DNA of 64,000 nucleotides, from assembly GCA_965219685.1 (NCBI GenBank), contig CBDCOH010000002.1, forward strand, positions 2,208,001 through 2,272,000. Direction: 5' to 3'. The position numbers and the translations under genes are program-made. Shown piece after piece: positions 59,809 through 64,000 of the stretch. How positions within the stretch are numbered: position 1 is the first letter of the stretch; the number at the start of each line of letters is the position of its first letter. The notes below the pieces were generated by a model. That model worked only from the letters and a program-made list of their open reading frames with translations. It made no database searches and was not told the DNA's origin. This stretch comes from Candidatus Spongiisociaceae bacterium (GTDB lineage: Bacteria > Actinomycetota > Acidimicrobiia > Spongiisociales > Spongiisociaceae).

Positions 59809-60819
59809 GTGGTTAGCATCTGTCCGATGACCGGACTCGGCACGCAGGACGAGCGCCTCCTTCGGCGCGCCATCGAGGTGTCGGCTACGTCGGCGGACCA
59901 GGGGAACATGCCCTTTGGCGCGGTCATGGCCGACCCGGAGGGCAACGTCCTGCTCGAGGCGAACAACACCACGATCACCGAGCGGAACCCTCTCAATCAC
60001 GCGGAGACCAACCTGATCAACATGGCGGTCAAGAGCCTTACGCCCGCCCAGATCACATCGGCAACCCTCTATGCCAGTTGCGAGCCCTGTGCAATGTGCA
60101 GCGGCGCGGTCCACGCCGCTGGGATCCAACGGGTGGTTTACGGCGTGAGCGGACTGCACTCCCTGGCAATCAGCGGCTCCGATCCCGGGAGCGAGGACAA
60201 GCGAGGAGTCGGTTGTCGCGACATACTCGCCCGCGGCCGGCGCCAGGTCGAGGTGAGCGGACCCCACCTGGTCGGGGAAGCCTCGGCCGTACTCATCGAC
60301 TTCTACGCGGCCGGCGGTCCAGGACAGACCACGAGCGAGTTGAGCCCGCTCGACGAACGGCTGTTGCGGAGAGCCATCGACATCGCAGCGAGATCGGTGG
60401 CCAACGGGAACCTACCCTTCGGTGCATTGCTGGCCGACCCCGACGGCAACGTCCTGCTGGAGGCGGAGAACTCCGATATCAGCGGCAAGAGCCCACTCAA
60501 CCATGCCGAGACCAACCTCATGAGGCTGGCAGTCGAGAGACTCACGGCGGATGAAATGGCCACCGCCACCCTCTACACAAGCTGCGAGCCGTGTGCCATG
60601 TGCAGCGGATCCATGTACTGGGGAGGCCTGAACCGGTTGGTGTACGGGATGAGCGAGCACCACCTCCTCGAATACACCGGCGCCAACCCTCTCAACCCGA
60701 CCATGCGCGGGGTGGGTTGCAGGGAGGTCCTCAACAGCGGCCAGCGCCACATCGAGGTGAGCGGACCCCATCTCGTCGAGGAGGCCTCGGTCATCCAACG
60801 GGACTACTGGACCAACTGA
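59809..60819 (+). CDS. two-domain CDA-fold deaminase
   Basis: Two complete HAE...CEPCAMC domains in one frame. Confidence 0.88.
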   Translation: MVSICPMTGLGTQDERLLRRAIEVSATSADQGNMPFGAVMADPEGNVLLEANNTTITERNPLNHAETNLINMAVKSLTPAQITSATLYASCEPCAMCSGAVHAAGIQRVVYGVSGLHSLAISGSDPGSEDKRGVGCRDILARGRRQVEVSGPHLVGEASAVLIDFYAAGGPGQTTSELSPLDERLLRRAIDIAARSVANGNLPFGALLADPDGNVLLEAENSDISGKSPLNHAETNLMRLAVERLTADEMATATLYTSCEPCAMCSGSMYWGGLNRLVYGMSEHHLLEYTGANPLNPTMRGVGCREVLNSGQRHIEVSGPHLVEEASVIQRDYWTN

Positions 60820-60861
60820 CCTGCGTTTGCCTTGTTCCTCTGACTTGCGTTAATTATCTAG

Positions 60862-60879
60862 CTTGCGCAAATGCGCAAG
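60862..60879. promoter_or_regulatory. palindromic operator candidate upstream of thiolase-coxD-coxE
   Basis: CTTGCGCA-AA-TGCGCAAG. Confidence 0.55.
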
Positions 60880-61019
60880 ACCGTGGACTGCGTCGCCGCA
60901 GGTCCTCGCTCTGACCAGCAGCTAGCATCATCACGTCGTTCGTGGTCCCCGGCCTCGCGCGGTGCCACTGATCGTGCGTGCCGGGAACAGCGCACAGGAT
61001 TCTCACAAAGGAAGCGGAC

Positions 61020-62195
61020 ATGCCCGACGTGAACACTGTTGTAGTGGTTGGGGCGGCTCGGACCGCCATCGGAACGTATGGAGGCTCGCTCAGCAAGATC
61101 GACTCCTACAAGCTCGGCGCCGTCACGATCAAGGAGTCGTTGAGCCGGGCGGGCGTCGAGCCGGGAGAGGTCGACGAGGTGGTAATGGGCCAGATCGGCC
61201 AGGTCGGTCCGGACGCCTACAACGCCCGGCGGTGCGCGCTCGAGGCGGGTCTACCTACATCGACCACGGCCATGAACGTCAACCGGCTGTGCTCCTCGGG
61301 CCTGCAGGCGATCATCACCGGCGCCCAGCAGGTCATGCTGGGCGAGGCGGACATCGTGATCGCCGGCGGCAACGAGAACATGAGCAGCCAGCCGTTCCTC
61401 GACTACCAGGCCCGCAACGGTTGGAGGCTGGGCAATCGGAAGCTTCTCGACGGCACCCTATCGCTGGTGACCGATCCCTTCGGCGGGTACTCGATGGGTG
61501 TCACCGCGGAGAAGGTGGCCGAACGCTACGGCGTGAGCCGCCAGGAGCAGGACCGTTTCGCTGCCGAGAGCCAGCACCGGGCTGCGATCGCCATCAAGGA
61601 AGGCCAGTTCGAGGACCAGATCGTGGGGGTGGACCTTCCCAAGGACGACCCCTTCCTCGTCGACGAGCATCCGAGGCCCGCCACGACCGCCGAAAGCCTC
61701 GCCCGGCTGCGTCCGGTGTTCGTCAAGGACGGCACGGTGACAGCCGGCAACTCGTCCGGGATCAACGACGGCGCCGCCTCGCTGGTCCTGATGAGCGAGA
61801 AGATGGCCGGGGCTCGGGGCAACCAACCCCGCCTGCGACTGGTGGCATGGGCGGTCAGCGGCATCGACCCGGAGGTGATGGGCTACGCCCCGGCCCTCGC
61901 CATCCCCAAGGTGCTGGGCAAGGCCGGACTGACCCTCGACGACATCGACCTGATCGAACTCAACGAGGCCTTCGCCGCCCAGGCGGTGGCCGTGATCAGG
62001 GACGCGGGCCTCGACCCCGAGAAGACCAACGTGTCCGGCGGCGCCATAGCGCTGGGTCACCCGGTCGGGGCAACCGGGACGATCCTGACCATCAAGCTCA
62101 TGCACGCCCTCGAACGCATGGGCGGACGCCGCGGCATCGTGACGATGTGCATCGGGGGCGGCCAGGGCATGGCGGCCATCTTCGAGCGCCCTTGA
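61020..62195 (+). CDS. acetyl-CoA C-acyltransferase (thiolase)
   Basis: [41 protein letters not shown]. Confidence 0.95.
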   Translation: MPDVNTVVVVGAARTAIGTYGGSLSKIDSYKLGAVTIKESLSRAGVEPGEVDEVVMGQIGQVGPDAYNARRCALEAGLPTSTTAMNVNRLCSSGLQAIITGAQQVMLGEADIVIAGGNENMSSQPFLDYQARNGWRLGNRKLLDGTLSLVTDPFGGYSMGVTAEKVAERYGVSRQEQDRFAAESQHRAAIAIKEGQFEDQIVGVDLPKDDPFLVDEHPRPATTAESLARLRPVFVKDGTVTAGNSSGINDGAASLVLMSEKMAGARGNQPRLRLVAWAVSGIDPEVMGYAPALAIPKVLGKAGLTLDDIDLIELNEAFAAQAVAVIRDAGLDPEKTNVSGGAIALGHPVGATGTILTIKLMHALERMGGRRGIVTMCIGGGQGMAAIFERP

Positions 62196-63079
62196 CCCTC
62201 GCGGGCGGAGTCTTCACCGGTGACATCGCCGATGTCACCGAGATGCTCGCGGGCCAGGCATATCTGGCGGACCGGGGTCTGTCGACCGCCATCTACCTGT
62301 CCCTGACCCTGCCGCAACCGCTCCTGTTGGAGGGGGAAGCGGGGGTTGGCAAGACAGAGGTCGCCAAGGCGCTGGCCGGAGGGCTGGGCGTCGACCTGGT
62401 CCGGCTCCAGTGCTACGAGGGCATCGACGCCAACCAGGCGCTCTACGAGTGGGACTACCCGCGCCAGTTGCTCTACCTGCGACAGGCCGGCGAGGCGCGG
62501 GCGGACGGTTCCGGACCCGACGAGCTCTTCGCCGAACGATTCCTGGTCGAGCGGCCCCTTCTGCGGGCGGTTAGGGGCGGAGCCGGCTGCGTGCTTCTCA
62601 TCGACGAGATCGACCGGGCCGACGACGAGTTCGAGGCGTTCCTCCTGGAGATCCTCTCCGAGTTCCAGATCACCATCCCCGAGATCGGTACCGTGCGCGC
62701 CCCGCGCCCGCCCACCGTGGTCATCACCTCCAACCGGACCCGCGAACTGCACGACGCTCTCAAGCGCCGTTGCCTGTATCACTGGATCGACTTCCCGGGC
62801 CTGGACAGGGAAGTCGAAATCGTGACCGCCCGCGCCCCGGAAGTGCCGGCAAGGCTCGCCCGGAGCGCCAGCCAGGTAGTCGGCAGGCTCCGAGGGCTGG
62901 AGTTGGTCAAGCAGCCGGGCGTCGCCGAGACGATCAACTGGGCGCGCGCATTGAACCAACTCGGTGAGGGCGGCGTAACCGAAGAGAACCTCGACCTGAG
63001 CCTGGGTTCGGTCATCAAGGACCACGACGACCTGGCCACGGTGCGGGGCCGGGCATCCGAGATCCTGGATGGGATCTGA
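62192..63079 (+). CDS. MoxR-family AAA+ ATPase, CoxD-like
   Basis: GEAGVGKT, RLQCYEG, LIDEIDRAD, HDALKRRC. Confidence 0.9.
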   Translation: MTLAGGVFTGDIADVTEMLAGQAYLADRGLSTAIYLSLTLPQPLLLEGEAGVGKTEVAKALAGGLGVDLVRLQCYEGIDANQALYEWDYPRQLLYLRQAGEARADGSGPDELFAERFLVERPLLRAVRGGAGCVLLIDEIDRADDEFEAFLLEILSEFQITIPEIGTVRAPRPPTVVITSNRTRELHDALKRRCLYHWIDFPGLDREVEIVTARAPEVPARLARSASQVVGRLRGLELVKQPGVAETINWARALNQLGEGGVTEENLDLSLGSVIKDHDDLATVRGRASEILDGI

Positions 63080-64000
63080 GACCGGACCGACCACCGAGTT
63101 GGTCCGGTTCGGACGGTTGCTGCGGGCCCATGGCGTCAACGTCGGTGCAGGACAGGTGGTGTCCTACACGAGGGCGGTGGCCGACCTGGACCCGGCCGGT
63201 ATCGAAGACCTGTACTGGGCCGGGCGGGTCACCCTCGTCAACCGCCACTCCGACCTGGCGATCTTCAACGCCGCCTTCGATGCTTTCTTCGTAGGCACGG
63301 AGAGCGATTCGCCACCCCCCATGTTGCCGCTGGCCGCGGCGGACGGCGACGGTGGGGAGCCCGAGTCCGTGTCCTTCGGGACCGAGCAGCAGGAAATGGA
63401 GATCCTGGACGTCGGCGACGAGGAACTCCCGGCCGCGGGAGGGCCCAGGGCATCGAGCGCCGAGATACTACGCACCAAGCACTTCGATCGTTGGACGGAG
63501 GAGGAGTTCCGTCAACTGGCCCGCCTGCTCCCCGGTCTCCGCCTTCCCCGGAAGCGCAGCCGTCGCACCCGCCCCTCCCCGAGAGGCTCGCAGATCGACC
63601 TGCGCCGGAGCGTGCGCCTATCGCTCCGCCACAGCGGTGACCTCATCCATCTCCGGCGGCGGTTGCGGGTGGAACGCCCCCGGCCGATCGTCCTCATCGT
63701 CGATGTCTCGGGATCGATGGCCGGGTTCTCACGCGCCCTCGTCCAGTTCTCCTACGGGATGAGCCGCGCTTCCCAGCGGGTGGAGGTGTTCTGCTTCGGA
63801 ACCAGGCTCACCCGCCTCACCAACGCGATGAGAGTGAGAGATCCCGACGCGGCGATCGACGAAGCGACCGAGTTGGTGGTCGACTGGGACGGGGGCACCA
63901 GGATCGGCGAGTCGCTCGGCGCCTACGTGACGAAGTGGGGCAAGTACCGCTTCAACCGCGGAGCGATGGTGATCATCTGTTCGGACGGCCTGGAGCGCGG
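63069..64000 (+). CDS. CoxE-like vWA protein (runs off window edge)
   Basis: ELVRFGRLLR, DVSGSM, VEVFCFGTRLTRLT, WDGGTRIG, CSDGLE. Confidence 0.88.
   Translation, partial: MGSETGPTTELVRFGRLLRAHGVNVGAGQVVSYTRAVADLDPAGIEDLYWAGRVTLVNRHSDLAIFNAAFDAFFVGTESDSPPPMLPLAAADGDGGEPESVSFGTEQQEMEILDVGDEELPAAGGPRASSAEILRTKHFDRWTEEEFRQLARLLPGLRLPRKRSRRTRPSPRGSQIDLRRSVRLSLRHSGDLIHLRRRLRVERPRPIVLIVDVSGSMAGFSRALVQFSYGMSRASQRVEVFCFGTRLTRLTNAMRVRDPDAAIDEATELVVDWDGGTRIGESLGAYVTKWGKYRFNRGAMVIICSDGLER

Overview
GC-rich bacterial DNA, most consistent with an Actinomycetota/Acidimicrobiia-type genome (mycothiol-type enzyme, TTAAP-linker lipoproteins; inference). The backbone is a large catabolic region. It holds three BMP/PnrA-family binding proteins with ABC components, four NdmA/NdmB-like Rieske oxygenases with a ferredoxin and reductase, a CoxLMS-type Mo-hydroxylase plus coxD/coxE, three amidohydrolases, three CDA-fold deaminase domains, two SDRs, a GcvT-like protein, aceA and a thiolase. 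Together these suggest catabolism of methylated or otherwise modified purines. The backbone is interrupted by accessory and defence genes: PaREP1/HEPN, a SWIM protein, an Azaca-like DUF6361-PLD-helicase operon, an NrtR with a vWA-ARPP-1 protein, a GNAT/DUF1778 toxin-antitoxin pair and four AAA_14/DUF4143 ATPase-nuclease genes. The most unusual signal is that three of the four AAA_14/DUF4143 genes are each preceded by their own direct-repeat array with an exact 23-bp period, and the fourth by a 35-bp palindrome. An initiator tRNA-Met and a degenerate partial copy of it are also present. All family calls are by motif recognition only; no searches were run.
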